A DNA stretch of 64,000 bases from Gemmatales bacterium (GCA_041640595.1 JBEPZY010000001.1:768001-832000), one strand, 5' to 3'; shown: positions 19,835-30,527, counted from the stretch's first letter. Numbers and translations: made by a program. Notes: generated by a model not told the origin, from the sequence alone.

Positions 19835-21523
19835 ATGCACGGAAACGATCCCCATTCGCTCGCCGAAGCCTCTTCTGCACTGGACAAAGCCACGCCCGCA
19901 CCGGCTGGCGGATGGTGGGGCCGATTACGCCGAGTTGTCGAATCCCATCCCCGCGGACTGTTTTTGCTGTTCTTCGTCGAGATGTGGGAGCGGTTCAGCT
20001 ATTACGGCATGCGGGCTATCCTGGTACCGTACCTGATCCGCGATCGCATGGATGCGATAAATCCGGGCCGGGGTTGGCCAGAAGGGCAGGCCAATTTACT
20101 GTACGGCTGGTACACAGGATTAGCCTATTTGCTGCCGCTCATAGGTGGTTTTGTGGCCGATCGTCTGCTGGGCACGCATCGCTCGGTTCTGGTCGGGGGA
20201 ATTGTAATCGCACTGGGGCATATTGTGCTGGCTATTTCCGGCTTGGACGGTCTGGCATTCTCGGAACTGGGCATGAGCATGTTTATCGCCGGGCTGGCCT
20301 TGATTGTCATCGGCACGGGCTATTTCAAACCCTGCGTTTCGGTCATGGTCAGCCAGCTCTACGAACCCGGGGACCCACGCCGTGATAGTGCTTTCACCAT
20401 TTTTTACATGGGTATCAATCTGGGGGCCTTGCTTTGCAACTACGTGGCCGGCACTCTGGGAGAGAAAGTCAACTGGCACATGGGATTCGGAGCCGCTGCA
20501 GTGGGAATGCTGGCGGGGCTGAGCCTGTACGTTTGGGGCAGGCCCCGGTATTTGCGTGGTATTGGCCTGCCTCCGGAAAAGTATCACGAGTGGCATTACG
20601 CCGCCGTTCAGGTTCCGTTGGCGGTTTTGCTCGCAGCTTTGGTGGGGGTGTTTTATCATATTGGCGGCTTCGGCTGGCTGGCCGACACTATCCGTGCGAT
20701 CTGGGAACATCCCTACGGCCATTACCTTTTGGCTTACGGCTCGGTTTTGTTAGCCCTGGCAGGTGCGGCCTGGCTCGTCGCTATTCAGCAACCGGGCGAG
20801 CGAGGGCTGACAGCCAGCATCCTGATCTTCATGCTCTTCAACGCCGTCTTCTGGATTGGTTTTGAGCAAGCTGGGTCCACGCTCAACGTCTTTGCCGAAA
20901 AGTTTACCGACCGTCGCGTACCCTTAGGGCCATTCGGACGTGTTTTCGGTACGCCCGAATGGGAAATGCCCTTTACCTGGTTTCAGTCGCTGAATCCGTT
21001 TCTGATCCTGGCGTTAGCTCCAGCGTTTGCTTGGATGTGGTCGGCCCTGGAAAAACGCGGCTGGAATCCCACGCAGCCGATGAAAATCTTCTGGGGACTG
21101 GTGTTGCTGGGCGTGGGGTACGTTTTCATCGTCATCGGAGCCTATTTGAACCATAAGCACGGCCAGCCTGTGTCTATGTTCTGGCTGACGGCCATGTATT
21201 TGTTCCACACACTGGGCGAGCTTTGCCTGTCACCGACCGGTCTGGCGTATGTGACCCGGGCGGCGCCCGCGCGTTATGTGTCGCTGCTGATGGGCATCTG
21301 GTTTATCTCCAGTTTCCTGGCTAATCTCGGAGGCGGCATCATCGCCAGTTACGTGGAAGAGGTGGAACGCGGCGAAATCAAGTTACCGTGGCAGCTTTAC
21401 GGCTACGAGCTGGGCGGGCGAGCGGATTACTTCGCCATGTTTGCTGTGGGAGCTTTTGCCGCCGCAGTGGTCATCCTGATTTTGACACCGATCTTCAAGC
21501 GCTACCTTGGCGTGAAGGAATAA
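19835..21523 (+). CDS. POT/PTR family proton-dependent di/tripeptide transporter
   Basis: EMWERFSYYGMR signature, FTIFYMGINLG, FEQAGS, WFQSLNP, GELCLSPTGL. Confidence 0.95.
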   Translation: MHGNDPHSLAEASSALDKATPAPAGGWWGRLRRVVESHPRGLFLLFFVEMWERFSYYGMRAILVPYLIRDRMDAINPGRGWPEGQANLLYGWYTGLAYLLPLIGGFVADRLLGTHRSVLVGGIVIALGHIVLAISGLDGLAFSELGMSMFIAGLALIVIGTGYFKPCVSVMVSQLYEPGDPRRDSAFTIFYMGINLGALLCNYVAGTLGEKVNWHMGFGAAAVGMLAGLSLYVWGRPRYLRGIGLPPEKYHEWHYAAVQVPLAVLLAALVGVFYHIGGFGWLADTIRAIWEHPYGHYLLAYGSVLLALAGAAWLVAIQQPGERGLTASILIFMLFNAVFWIGFEQAGSTLNVFAEKFTDRRVPLGPFGRVFGTPEWEMPFTWFQSLNPFLILALAPAFAWMWSALEKRGWNPTQPMKIFWGLVLLGVGYVFIVIGAYLNHKHGQPVSMFWLTAMYLFHTLGELCLSPTGLAYVTRAAPARYVSLLMGIWFISSFLANLGGGIIASYVEEVERGEIKLPWQLYGYELGGRADYFAMFAVGAFAAAVVILILTPIFKRYLGVKE

Positions 21524-21597
21524 GTCGGACGGATTCGATTCGTGAGCCGATCGGTGCTTCTTGCGGCCGGTCGGTCGTCCCTGGGGAGGTCCAAGCT

Positions 21598-22965
21598 ATG
21601 CAGCAGGAAAGCGCGGTGTCAGGCTTATCCGCCAGAACGACGCCGGAGGATTTGAATGTTTATCGCATGTCCGTGCAACAGCTCGAGCGTGCTCTGCGGT
21701 ATTTGCCTACCATCAAGAAAGGCTTGATTGATTTCCTGAAACGACCAGCGCGGTCCATCATCGTGGAATTTCCCATCGAGATGGAAGATGGTTCGGTGCA
21801 AACATTCACGGGATATCGGGTTTTGCACAGCCGTGTGCGCGGGCCAGGGAAGGGCGGCATTCGGTATCACCCGGACGTCAATCTCGACGAAGTGCGGGCC
21901 CTGGCTGCCTGGATGACCTGGAAATGCGCCGTCGTAGATATCCCTTATGGCGGTGCCAAAGGGGGCGTGGCCTGCGATCCGAAAAAGCTGAGCGAAACAG
22001 TGCTCCGCCGCATCACCCGCCGGTACATCTCAGAGCTGGGCGACAATATCGGTCCGTTCGAGGACATTCCCGCTCCCGATATGTACACCGACGCCAAGAC
22101 CATGGCCTGGGTCTACGACACCTACCAGATGATGCATCCTGGGCGAAATAACCTCCCCGTCGTCACCGGTAAGCCCGTAGATCTCGGCGGCTCATTAGGC
22201 CGACGCGAGGCCACAGCCCGCGGCTGTTTGTTTGCTGTCCAGCGCGCCCTGGCACGTGGAATACTGTCCGGGCTTACCTCAGTCCAGGGGGCTGGCGTGG
22301 TGATCCAGGGATTCGGTAATGTCGGGGGTATCGCCGCACAACTCTTTCACCAGGCCGGTGCACGTATCCTCGCTGTGAGCGATTCCACCGGGGGCATTGT
22401 CAGCGAACGGGGCCTCGACCCGGATGCCGTCTGGCGACACAAGGAGAAAAACCGCACTGTCCAGGGCTTTCCTTCAGCACGCAACATTACCAACGCTGAG
22501 TTGCTCGCTTTGCCGTGTGATATTCTCATTCCGGCGGCGATGGAATGCCAGATTCGTGCCGACAACGCCGACAAAGTCCGCGCCCGAATGATTGCGGAAG
22601 CCGCGAATGGCCCGACCACGCCTGCCGCAGATGACATTTTGTTCGCCCGGGGCATCCCGGTACTGCCGGACATTCTCGCCAATGCCGGTGGCGTTACCGT
22701 CAGCTATTTCGAGTGGGTGCAGAACATCGAAAACGAGCGCTGGGAGGAGGAAGAAGTCAACGAAAAACTTCGCGTCAAAATGGAACGCGCTACCGATGCA
22801 GTGCTGGAGAAACAGCAGCAACTCAACCAGCGCGTAGCCCGTGGCGAACTCGTTGGCCAGGACGGACAGACGATTCGTCAGCCCGCCGACTTGCGGATTG
22901 CCGCTCTGGTGCTGGCGGTCGAGCGGGTGGCAAATGTCGCTCTGGAACGCGGCATCTGGCCTTGA
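21598..22965 (+). CDS. gdhA: Glu/Leu/Phe/Val dehydrogenase (probably glutamate dehydrogenase)
   Basis: GGAGGT RBS before ATG 21598. RGPGKGGIRYHP, GGAKGG, DIPAPD, QGFGNVG, EAANGP, NAGGVTVSYFEW. Confidence 0.92.
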   Translation: MQQESAVSGLSARTTPEDLNVYRMSVQQLERALRYLPTIKKGLIDFLKRPARSIIVEFPIEMEDGSVQTFTGYRVLHSRVRGPGKGGIRYHPDVNLDEVRALAAWMTWKCAVVDIPYGGAKGGVACDPKKLSETVLRRITRRYISELGDNIGPFEDIPAPDMYTDAKTMAWVYDTYQMMHPGRNNLPVVTGKPVDLGGSLGRREATARGCLFAVQRALARGILSGLTSVQGAGVVIQGFGNVGGIAAQLFHQAGARILAVSDSTGGIVSERGLDPDAVWRHKEKNRTVQGFPSARNITNAELLALPCDILIPAAMECQIRADNADKVRARMIAEAANGPTTPAADDILFARGIPVLPDILANAGGVTVSYFEWVQNIENERWEEEEVNEKLRVKMERATDAVLEKQQQLNQRVARGELVGQDGQTIRQPADLRIAALVLAVERVANVALERGIWP

Positions 22966-22970
22966 TTGGC

Positions 22971-23765
22971 TCAGCGTCTTCGTCGCCTCTGCATCTTCTG
23001 GTAATTCGCCAGCATCAGCTCGCATACTTCCTCAGGCGAATCGCAAACTCGGAACAAGCGCAGTTCCTCGGCCGAAATATTGCCGGCAGAAGCTACTGTG
23101 TTTTTCAGCCATTCGACCAGACCGCCCCAGTATTGCGAGCCGAACAGCACGACGGGAAACTCGCGCAGCTTGCCCGTCTGAATCAGGGTCAGGGCTTCGA
23201 ACATCTCGTCCAGTGTGCCATATCCTCCGGGAAACAGCACGAATCCTTCAGCATACTTGGCAAACATGGTCTTGCGGACGAAAAAGTAATGGAACTCGAC
23301 AGCAATGCGGACGTAAGGATTGAGCCGTTGCTCGAACGGAAGCTGAATGTTGCAACCGACCGAGACGCCCCCAGCCTCGACCGCACCCCGATTGGCTGCT
23401 TCCATAATGCCCGGCCCGCCACCGGTGATGATCGCGAATCCCGCCTTGGCCAATAGTCGAGCCGTTTCCCGGGCCGCTTCGTACATGGGATGTTCTGGTG
23501 GCGTGCGTGCCGAACCGAAAATAGACACGGCTGCGGCAATATCCGCAAGTCGGTTGATCCCGTGGACAAACTCGCCGGCAATCCGCCACACTCGCCACGG
23601 ATCCTCGCGCGTGAATCGCCCACGCCGTCTGTCCAACGGTCGCGGTCGCACCCCACGCACGCGTTGCAGCAATAACTCATCTTCAGTCGGCCCGTGGACG
23701 TTAGTTTCAGGGACGCCACCCTGTTCATTCGCTTCGTCCGACCTCGAATCACTCGTCCTCGCCAT
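22971..23765 (-). CDS. LOG family / TIGR00730 nucleotide phosphoribohydrolase
   Basis: SIFGSART, TGGGPGIMEAANRGA, FFVRKTMF, PGGYGTLDE (PGGxGTxxE). Confidence 0.93.
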   Translation of the reverse strand: MARTSDSRSDEANEQGGVPETNVHGPTEDELLLQRVRGVRPRPLDRRRGRFTREDPWRVWRIAGEFVHGINRLADIAAAVSIFGSARTPPEHPMYEAARETARLLAKAGFAIITGGGPGIMEAANRGAVEAGGVSVGCNIQLPFEQRLNPYVRIAVEFHYFFVRKTMFAKYAEGFVLFPGGYGTLDEMFEALTLIQTGKLREFPVVLFGSQYWGGLVEWLKNTVASAGNISAEELRLFRVCDSPEEVCELMLANYQKMQRRRRR

Positions 23766-23977
23766 CGCCTTGCTCTCCCGGTTTGTCTGAATCGTTGTCA
23801 TCGGGAAACGCTGCACTGATTGAGCGGAATAGACACGGATACTGTAGCGAGATGGTTACGCAAACGGGTTGCTTGTTCGCGCCTGGCCATATTTTCGGCA
23901 GAAAAAAGGGGGCCACTCTGGGTCAGGTTTTCGTTACAATAGGCCAGAAAACTGCGTCAACACAAGGGAGCAAGGCT

Positions 23978-25249
23978 ATGCGTATCCTGGAACGGCTAAT
24001 CGCGCCGGCAGTGTTTAGCTGGTGTATCTGGTCTCTCGCATGGATTTCCGCCCAGGAAACCAGTAGCAAACCGGCGCAGCCTTCCATCCGCTGGCAAAAA
24101 ATGGTACTCGACCGCAAATTCTGGTCCGAAGGTGTGGCGGTTGCCGACGTCAACCGCGATGGTCAACCCGACGTCATTGCGGGTGATGTCTGGTACGAAG
24201 CTCCGCAATGGAAACGACACTTTCTACGACCGGTACAGCGCCGCGATAAGGGTAACCCGGACGATGGTCACGATCCGCTCAATTACAGCAACAGTTTCGG
24301 CTGTTTCGCGGATGACTTCAACGGAGACGGCTGGCCCGACGTAATCATCCTGCCATTTCCTGGCGAACCGTGTTACTGGTACGAAAACCCGAAAGGGCAG
24401 GGGGGTTATTGGAAGCCGCATCTGGTCTGGCGTAGCGCTTGCAACGAGACGCCGCAATTCGTTGACCTCTTCGGGGATGGGCAGCGTCGGTTGATTATGG
24501 CCATCCAGCCCGAAGGGCAGATGTGCTGGTTTGAGATTCCGAAAGACCCTACTCAGCCGTGGATTCCTCACGCTATCAGCGAAAACAAAGCTCCTGGCAC
24601 GGAACGATTCTCGCACGGGCTGGGAGTAGGCGACGTCAACGGCGATGGCCGACTGGATGTGATTGTGACCGCCGGTTGGTGGGAACAGCCACCCGAAGGA
24701 AAACACCATACCAAACCGTGGAAGTTTCATGCTGCCAATCTGGGTGGCCCTTGTGCGGACATGATCGTTTACGATGTGGATGGCGATGGGCTGCGTGATG
24801 TGATTAGCAGTTCGGCTCACGGTCGCGGCATCTGGTGGCATCGGCAGTTACCGGATTCGCAAGGAAGCCGCTTTCAACAGCACGATATTTACACCGGCTT
24901 CACGCAAACTCACGCCATCGTTTTCGCCGACATCAACGGCGATGGCCGACCGGACATCGTCACCGGCAAACGCTGGTGGGCACATGGCCCCAAAGGTGAC
25001 AAAGACCCGCTTGATCCAGAAGAACCGAATCGCCCAGCCGTGCTATACTGGTTTGAGATAGTGCCGCCCGCTCCAGGCGCCAAAAACGACAAGCCTGGGC
25101 GACCGCGTTTCATACCGCACCAGGTGGATGACGATTCGGGGATTGGTACACAATTCGTGGTCGCCGACATCAACAACGACCGCCTGCCGGACATTGCGGT
25201 CGCCAATAAGAAAGGCGTGTTCATCTTTCTGCAAAAGCGGGAACCCTGA
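23978..25249 (+). CDS. Secreted FG-GAP/VCBS-repeat beta-propeller protein
   Basis: Signal peptide. Repeated DxNxDGxxD motifs (ADVNRDGQPD, DFNGDGWPD, GDVNGDGRLD, DVDGDGLRD, ADINGDGRPD, ADINNDRLPD). Confidence 0.92.
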   Translation: MRILERLIAPAVFSWCIWSLAWISAQETSSKPAQPSIRWQKMVLDRKFWSEGVAVADVNRDGQPDVIAGDVWYEAPQWKRHFLRPVQRRDKGNPDDGHDPLNYSNSFGCFADDFNGDGWPDVIILPFPGEPCYWYENPKGQGGYWKPHLVWRSACNETPQFVDLFGDGQRRLIMAIQPEGQMCWFEIPKDPTQPWIPHAISENKAPGTERFSHGLGVGDVNGDGRLDVIVTAGWWEQPPEGKHHTKPWKFHAANLGGPCADMIVYDVDGDGLRDVISSSAHGRGIWWHRQLPDSQGSRFQQHDIYTGFTQTHAIVFADINGDGRPDIVTGKRWWAHGPKGDKDPLDPEEPNRPAVLYWFEIVPPAPGAKNDKPGRPRFIPHQVDDDSGIGTQFVVADINNDRLPDIAVANKKGVFIFLQKREP

Positions 25250-25277
25250 TCACGCAAGGGCCGTCCAAGGAATAGCC

Positions 25278-25508
25278 ATGCTCAATCCGGAATTGCTCAA
25301 AATCCTCGTCTGTCCGCTGGGCAAGGCTGAGTTACGCCTGGAAGGTAATTTTCTCGTCTGCACGCGCTGCGGACCACGCTTCGGCATCAGCCGCGAAGGG
25401 TATCCGAATATGCTCATCGAAGAAGCGGAATTGCCACCTGGCATAACGCGGATCGAAGATTTGCCCTGTTACCGTGAAGCCCTGAGTCGGCACCAGACGC
25501 ACGGATAA
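25278..25508 (+). CDS. Trm112/YcaR family protein
   Basis: AAGGA RBS. MLNPELLKILVCPLGK...LVCTRCG...GYPNMLIEEA. Confidence 0.85.
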   Translation: MLNPELLKILVCPLGKAELRLEGNFLVCTRCGPRFGISREGYPNMLIEEAELPPGITRIEDLPCYREALSRHQTHG

Positions 25509-25536
25509 ACCTTCCAGCATGGTCAGGAGCGGAGAT

Positions 25537-26427
25537 ATGAGGAATGGGAGAATTTTGCCTAGCCTGATCGGGCTAACCACACTGGCCCTCGTTGTAAGCC
25601 AGGCAGCGCAGGAGCAAAAAGAGAAACCAGCCCCGCTCAAAATTGTCAACATGGAACGGCTCAACAGCGAAGCGGATGAATGCTATCCCAGCATGGGGCA
25701 GGAAGGCCTGACTTTCTTTTTCTGCCGACGGTACAGCCAGGGAGATTGGGACATTTACCAGGCGACACGCCCGGCCTTGCGGGGTCCATTCGAGAAACCT
25801 GAGCCAGTTGTCGAGGTCAACAGCAAAGCGGATGACATCAGCCCCATAGCTGTGCGAGATGGCGCGGGGCAATTTCTCTTTTTCGCCTCCAAACGGGGTG
25901 GGGGCAGCTTCGACATCTACTTCACGCGGCGATTGCGATTGAACGAGCCATTTCAGAGAGCTGCCGTAGCTGCTTTGCCGCCCAACATTGACACCCCCGA
26001 GGATGAAGCTGACCCGTGGATCACTGTCAGCCAGCGGGAGATGTATTTCAGTCGCCGGGGCGAAAATGGCTGGCAGGTTTTCCTGGCAACAGGGAGTCAG
26101 CAGCGCAATTTCACGAAAGTGCAAAAATTGCCGTTCGACGGCGGTTTTGCACGACCGACGCTGACGCCGGATGGCCGGCTGATGTTTTTGCAAGGCAAAC
26201 TGCCCGATGGCCGCTGGGGTTTGTTTTACGCTCGCCGGAATGCGACCGGTCAATGGGGTCAGCCCGTTCCCATCGAGGAATTGAACGATCATCCCGGCAA
26301 AGAAGGAACGCTTGCCCCGGCGCTAAGCTGGGACGGAGTTTATCTGTTTTTCGCTTCGGATCGGCCCGGCGGCAAGGGCGGCCTGGATTTGTACTGGGTC
26401 GAGGTCAAACATCTCAATCTGAAGTAA
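25537..26427 (+). CDS. Secreted PD40 (TolB-like) beta-propeller protein
   Basis: Signal peptide. NSEADECYPS, NSKADDISP, PTLTPDGRLMF, LSWDGVYLFFASDRPGGKGGLDLY. Confidence 0.85.
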   Translation: MRNGRILPSLIGLTTLALVVSQAAQEQKEKPAPLKIVNMERLNSEADECYPSMGQEGLTFFFCRRYSQGDWDIYQATRPALRGPFEKPEPVVEVNSKADDISPIAVRDGAGQFLFFASKRGGGSFDIYFTRRLRLNEPFQRAAVAALPPNIDTPEDEADPWITVSQREMYFSRRGENGWQVFLATGSQQRNFTKVQKLPFDGGFARPTLTPDGRLMFLQGKLPDGRWGLFYARRNATGQWGQPVPIEELNDHPGKEGTLAPALSWDGVYLFFASDRPGGKGGLDLYWVEVKHLNLK

Positions 26428-26546
26428 ACCGGCCTGCTTTCGTCAGGGTGACCCGACGCTGTTGCCAGGATTTCGCGGCGCTGAGCACCGGTATTAATTT
26501 AGCGGGAAAGGGCAGAGCAGCTCGCAGGGCCATGACGCCGGGCAGG

Positions 26547-28037
26547 TCAACTCTGCGGCGGGTAGCGGTGAGCCAATTCCACCAGGGTACGCACACCGAA
26601 GCCGGTGCCGCCTGGGTCACGGGTCGGGCCATCATCGCTGGCCCAGGCAGGCCCGGCAATATCCAGGTGTGCCCAGGGTTTGTCCGCGACGAAATGTTCG
26701 AGAAACTTGGCCGCCGTGATCGCCCCCGCATAGCGGCCACCGACGTTTTTGACGTCGGCGACGTGGCTGCGCAATAGCTCTGCATATTCTTTGAACATAG
26801 GCAACGGCCAGACCTGCTCACCGGCTGTAGTAGCGGACTCTCTTACGCGCTGGGCCCAGGTTTCGTTATTGCTCATCAAGCCAGCCACTTCAGTTCCCAG
26901 AGCCACCATGCAGGCACCGGTCAAGGTGGCCAGGTCGAGCAAATGCTCGGCGTTCTGCTCCACCGCGTAGCACAGGATGTCGGCGAGAATCAAGCGGCCC
27001 TCGGCATCGGTGTTGAGGATTTCTACGGTTTTGCCGTTGCGTGCTTTTAAGACATCGCCCAGTTTCAAAGCCTGGCCGCTGGGCATGTTTTCCACCAGCG
27101 CGAGCAATCCCAGGACGTTCACCGGTAAGCGAAGTTCAGCGATCGCCTGCACCGCTGCCAGCACCGCTGCTGCCCCGGCCATGTCTCCTTTCATATCCTG
27201 CATCTGCTCGTTGGTTTTCAATGAAAGACCGCCGCTGTCGAAGGTGACGCCTTTGCCCAATAAGGCCAGCGTCGGTTTATCGCCACCGTTGCGATAACGC
27301 AGAATCACGACCCGCGGTGGTCGTGCAGAACCCTGAGCCACGCCGAGCAGGCAACCCATTCGCTCAGCCAGCAACTGTTTTTCGTCCCAGATGGTACATT
27401 CGATGCCCGCGGATTGGCAAACCAGTTCGGCGCGGCGGGCAAAAGTTTCCGGATACAGATCACACGGAGGCTCGTTGACCAGGTCGCGGGCTAGCTGAAT
27501 AGCGCGGCCTTCAGTTTCCACTCGCCGTAATGTCGCCGTTGCAACTTCGCCAGGGGCCTGGGAAGGAACAATCAGCCAGGTTTCCTCCGGCGGATGACGA
27601 TCCGGTTGAGTTTGGCGGATACCTGGCCCTCGGTACGCGGCATAAAGTCCCGTCCCCAGACCCAGGATCATGTCGGCCCAGGTGAGTTGTCCAACTGGTT
27701 CGGGAATGGCCAGGGCAATCCGATGGTGCTTCCGAGAAGAGACGTATTTCCCCGCAGCAAAGCCGGCACGGTAAAGCGACCGCCGATCCAGCTCTTCGGC
27801 TTTACCCAGTCCCAAGAGCAAAACGCGTTTGGCCGAGCCATAAGGTCCCGCAAAGAGCGGCACCGTTTCCGCCAGTTTTCCCCGCGCATCCCCGCTTTCA
27901 CGCAGCCGCGTCAATAGCCCATTCGCCAGCTCATTGAACTCCTGCGCAGCACTACCGGTCGCATCTTCCAGCACCGGCACAATCAGCCAGTCTGCTTCAA
28001 TTGGCCGCAGCGAACCGCTTACGCAAGTCCAGCGCAT
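26547..28037 (-). CDS. pepA: Leucyl aminopeptidase (M17)
   Basis: GKGVTFDSGGLSLK, MKGDMAGAA, NTDAEGRL, DLATLTGA, HLDIAG. Start 28037 or 28052. Confidence 0.95.
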   Translation of the reverse strand: MRWTCVSGSLRPIEADWLIVPVLEDATGSAAQEFNELANGLLTRLRESGDARGKLAETVPLFAGPYGSAKRVLLLGLGKAEELDRRSLYRAGFAAGKYVSSRKHHRIALAIPEPVGQLTWADMILGLGTGLYAAYRGPGIRQTQPDRHPPEETWLIVPSQAPGEVATATLRRVETEGRAIQLARDLVNEPPCDLYPETFARRAELVCQSAGIECTIWDEKQLLAERMGCLLGVAQGSARPPRVVILRYRNGGDKPTLALLGKGVTFDSGGLSLKTNEQMQDMKGDMAGAAAVLAAVQAIAELRLPVNVLGLLALVENMPSGQALKLGDVLKARNGKTVEILNTDAEGRLILADILCYAVEQNAEHLLDLATLTGACMVALGTEVAGLMSNNETWAQRVRESATTAGEQVWPLPMFKEYAELLRSHVADVKNVGGRYAGAITAAKFLEHFVADKPWAHLDIAGPAWASDDGPTRDPGGTGFGVRTLVELAHRYPPQS

Positions 28038-28212
28038 AGTTGGATTCCTCATTTCCTGAAGTTGAGGCTTAGCAGATCGGCGAACTGACGCAATTGCGCG
28101 AGCAAAGCAGCAGTTGCTAGCTGTTATACAAGCTAACCCATCACGACACCAAGGGCGAATAGTCGAGGGCAGGGCAGCGATTACGCCATTTCCAGCGGCA
28201 GAATTTTTCGGC

Positions 28213-29412
28213 TCAGCGACCACCCGGCTTGCTCAACTGTTCGTCGAATTTGAGCAACTCCTCAACATCACGGACACGGTTGGGTTCCTGCTTCCGGCGC
28301 TCCGCCAGGAATGCCTGAGCCAGTTCAGCAGGTTTTCCCTGAGCTTGTTGGGCGCAGGTGAGAGCGTAACGCAGAATAGCACGCTGGCAGATAGGCACAT
28401 TGTGCGAGGGCTGAGTGTACAGAGCCAAAATTTGCTCAGCAAACTCCCAGCGGTGCCATTTGCGGAGATCCTCGATGACCAGGTCGGCTATGTCTGCTTG
28501 CTTCAACAGCTTCGCCGCACTTGCCAGTAACGCTTCCTGTTTCATGCCGGGAGCGGGATTGTCCCAGAAGTAGCGCACCGCCCGGAGTGCGGCATAGCGG
28601 CGTGTGAATTCTTCCTTTTCGTTGCTGAGAATCTGGTCTATCGCTTTCAGGCCCTCTTCGGGTCGCAGCAAGGTCAGCCCCGTCAGCACGCCGTCCAGTC
28701 CAGAAACAATGTCGCGTTCACGGTTGTGGACTAATTCCAGCAGCACCGCAGCATCCTCCGCCTGGCCACACAGTCCCAGCAAGAATGCGTAAAAGCCATA
28801 ACGGAGCGCCGGTGTCTCCTTGTTGCGCAGCCAGGCGATAAGCTTGCGGCGCAGGTAATCGCGATCGCTGCTACGCACCCATGCCAGCACATCGGCCAGG
28901 CTGGTGTTGCCAAACTCCTTGTAGGCATCCACGCTGATTTCCGGATCGGGATGATCCAGATATTCGAAAAACACTTTGAGGCGTTCGGGCTGCTTGGCGT
29001 CTTTCACCTCAAGCACTTTTTGCATGTAGGTCACCAGTGCCTTGTCCTTCACGGGGATGCCGCGGAACGGGTCGAGCTTACCCATAAACATGTCGAAAAA
29101 AACGATAAAGCGAATATCCTGCTGGTTTCCGGTAGGCACGTATCGAGGCAGGGTGATGATTTTCTTGCCCTGCAAATACTCGTGGGGTTTGATGACGGTT
29201 TCGATGACCAGATCGGTCGTGCCGGTACCTTCCTGAGCGTCGAGCAGGCGGGCATTGGTCAGTCTGCCGTGAACAACGAAGCTCGCCTGCTCGAGCTCCT
29301 TAGCCAGCGTTACGCCCTGAGCACTGCAAAACGGACAGCCGCGGACTGTTCCCTGCAGCCCGACCGTCAGACTCAGGGCTAGCGACAAGCTCATGAGCAT
29401 CGTTCGTGGCAT
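28213..29412 (-). CDS. Exported hypothetical protein whose predicted mature N-terminus begins CPFC; helical C-terminal part
   Basis: GGAGA RBS. Signal peptide ...VRG|CPFCSAQG. Confidence 0.75.
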   Translation of the reverse strand: MPRTMLMSLSLALSLTVGLQGTVRGCPFCSAQGVTLAKELEQASFVVHGRLTNARLLDAQEGTGTTDLVIETVIKPHEYLQGKKIITLPRYVPTGNQQDIRFIVFFDMFMGKLDPFRGIPVKDKALVTYMQKVLEVKDAKQPERLKVFFEYLDHPDPEISVDAYKEFGNTSLADVLAWVRSSDRDYLRRKLIAWLRNKETPALRYGFYAFLLGLCGQAEDAAVLLELVHNRERDIVSGLDGVLTGLTLLRPEEGLKAIDQILSNEKEEFTRRYAALRAVRYFWDNPAPGMKQEALLASAAKLLKQADIADLVIEDLRKWHRWEFAEQILALYTQPSHNVPICQRAILRYALTCAQQAQGKPAELAQAFLAERRKQEPNRVRDVEELLKFDEQLSKPGGR

Positions 29413-29441
29413 ATCTGGTCTCCTTTTGCGACATTGGCTGG

Positions 29442-30527
29442 TCACTGAACATAAAATTGGGCCGGTGGAGGCAGGGGAGCCTTCTCGACCCGATAGGCAT
29501 GGATCACGGCCTTCCAGGAGCCATCCGGCAAATTGACGAAATCCAGCCGCCCCTGAACGCGAATCCAATCCCCAGGTTGAATGCCACTGACCGGTCGCCG
29601 GGAAACTGCAAAGACCGAAAGCGGCCGGGAATCGTTGACGCAGCAGGCCATGCGCAGGCGTACCACTGCGAACTGGTTTGGCCGTTTGGGCACCGGCTGG
29701 TAAAGCCCCTCGACTTCAACGCGACGGAATTGTTTCCAGTGTTCCCGTTGGGCTGGCACGTAGGCAACCTGCTCCAACTGGACAACGTCAGTTCGACGAA
29801 TCGCTGATTCCGGCACTTCGGTGCTTTCTTCCAGATAATCGAGTGCTTTTTCCAGGCTGGCTGGCTGATCGGCCGCACGGTACTGGCACATCGCAGCCGC
29901 CACGCTCCGCGCTAACGGGTCGTGGCTCAGACTCCACAAGCCGAATGCCAGTAAACTATCTCCAGGAGTGGCCAGCCCACCGCTGATGGCTTCCGTAGCG
30001 ACCCGGCTTTTGCTCCGCTCGAAAGCCCGAAGCATTTCACCCCAATCCAGCGGCAGAAGCACAAGCAACACTGGCGCCAGAAGCACAAAGAACCGCCACG
30101 GCGACCAATCCTGTTCGTGTTCGTGACCGTGGGCATGGCTGGATACCGGCGGCGATTCGGTTTCCCCTTCCCGCAAAGCTGCCAGTTCCGAAACAGGCAC
30201 ACAGCAGCATTCTTCGTGCTCGTCGTGGTCGTGGTGATGATGTTCGCCCACACCCACCAGATGCAGGCCACCGTGCTGGCGTAACTGCCGTGTGGACCAG
30301 ATCACCCAGCTGGCGCGAAGCACAACTAACCCGGCCAGCGCGATCCCGGCGTACAAAATCATCTGCTGAATCCAGGGCACCACGGTGCTGATAGGTGTAC
30401 GTTCCCCGCTGGCCGCTCGCCAGTAATCAAACACCATTGTCCCCGCATAAATCAAGCCGACGCCCAGCATCCAAAGCTGTTCCACCAGATAGCGTTTGTT
30501 CTGCATACCCATGTCCTCACGCGGCAT
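29442..30527 (-). CDS. His-rich membrane protein, DUF1980/TIGR03943 (YcgQ)-like
   Basis: N-terminal TM helices, HHHHDHDEHEECCC and HAHGHEHE tracts, C-terminal RLRMACCVND...GDWIRVQG. Confidence 0.75.
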   Translation of the reverse strand: MPREDMGMQNKRYLVEQLWMLGVGLIYAGTMVFDYWRAASGERTPISTVVPWIQQMILYAGIALAGLVVLRASWVIWSTRQLRQHGGLHLVGVGEHHHHDHDEHEECCCVPVSELAALREGETESPPVSSHAHGHEHEQDWSPWRFFVLLAPVLLVLLPLDWGEMLRAFERSKSRVATEAISGGLATPGDSLLAFGLWSLSHDPLARSVAAAMCQYRAADQPASLEKALDYLEESTEVPESAIRRTDVVQLEQVAYVPAQREHWKQFRRVEVEGLYQPVPKRPNQFAVVRLRMACCVNDSRPLSVFAVSRRPVSGIQPGDWIRVQGRLDFVNLPDGSWKAVIHAYRVEKAPLPPPAQFYVQ

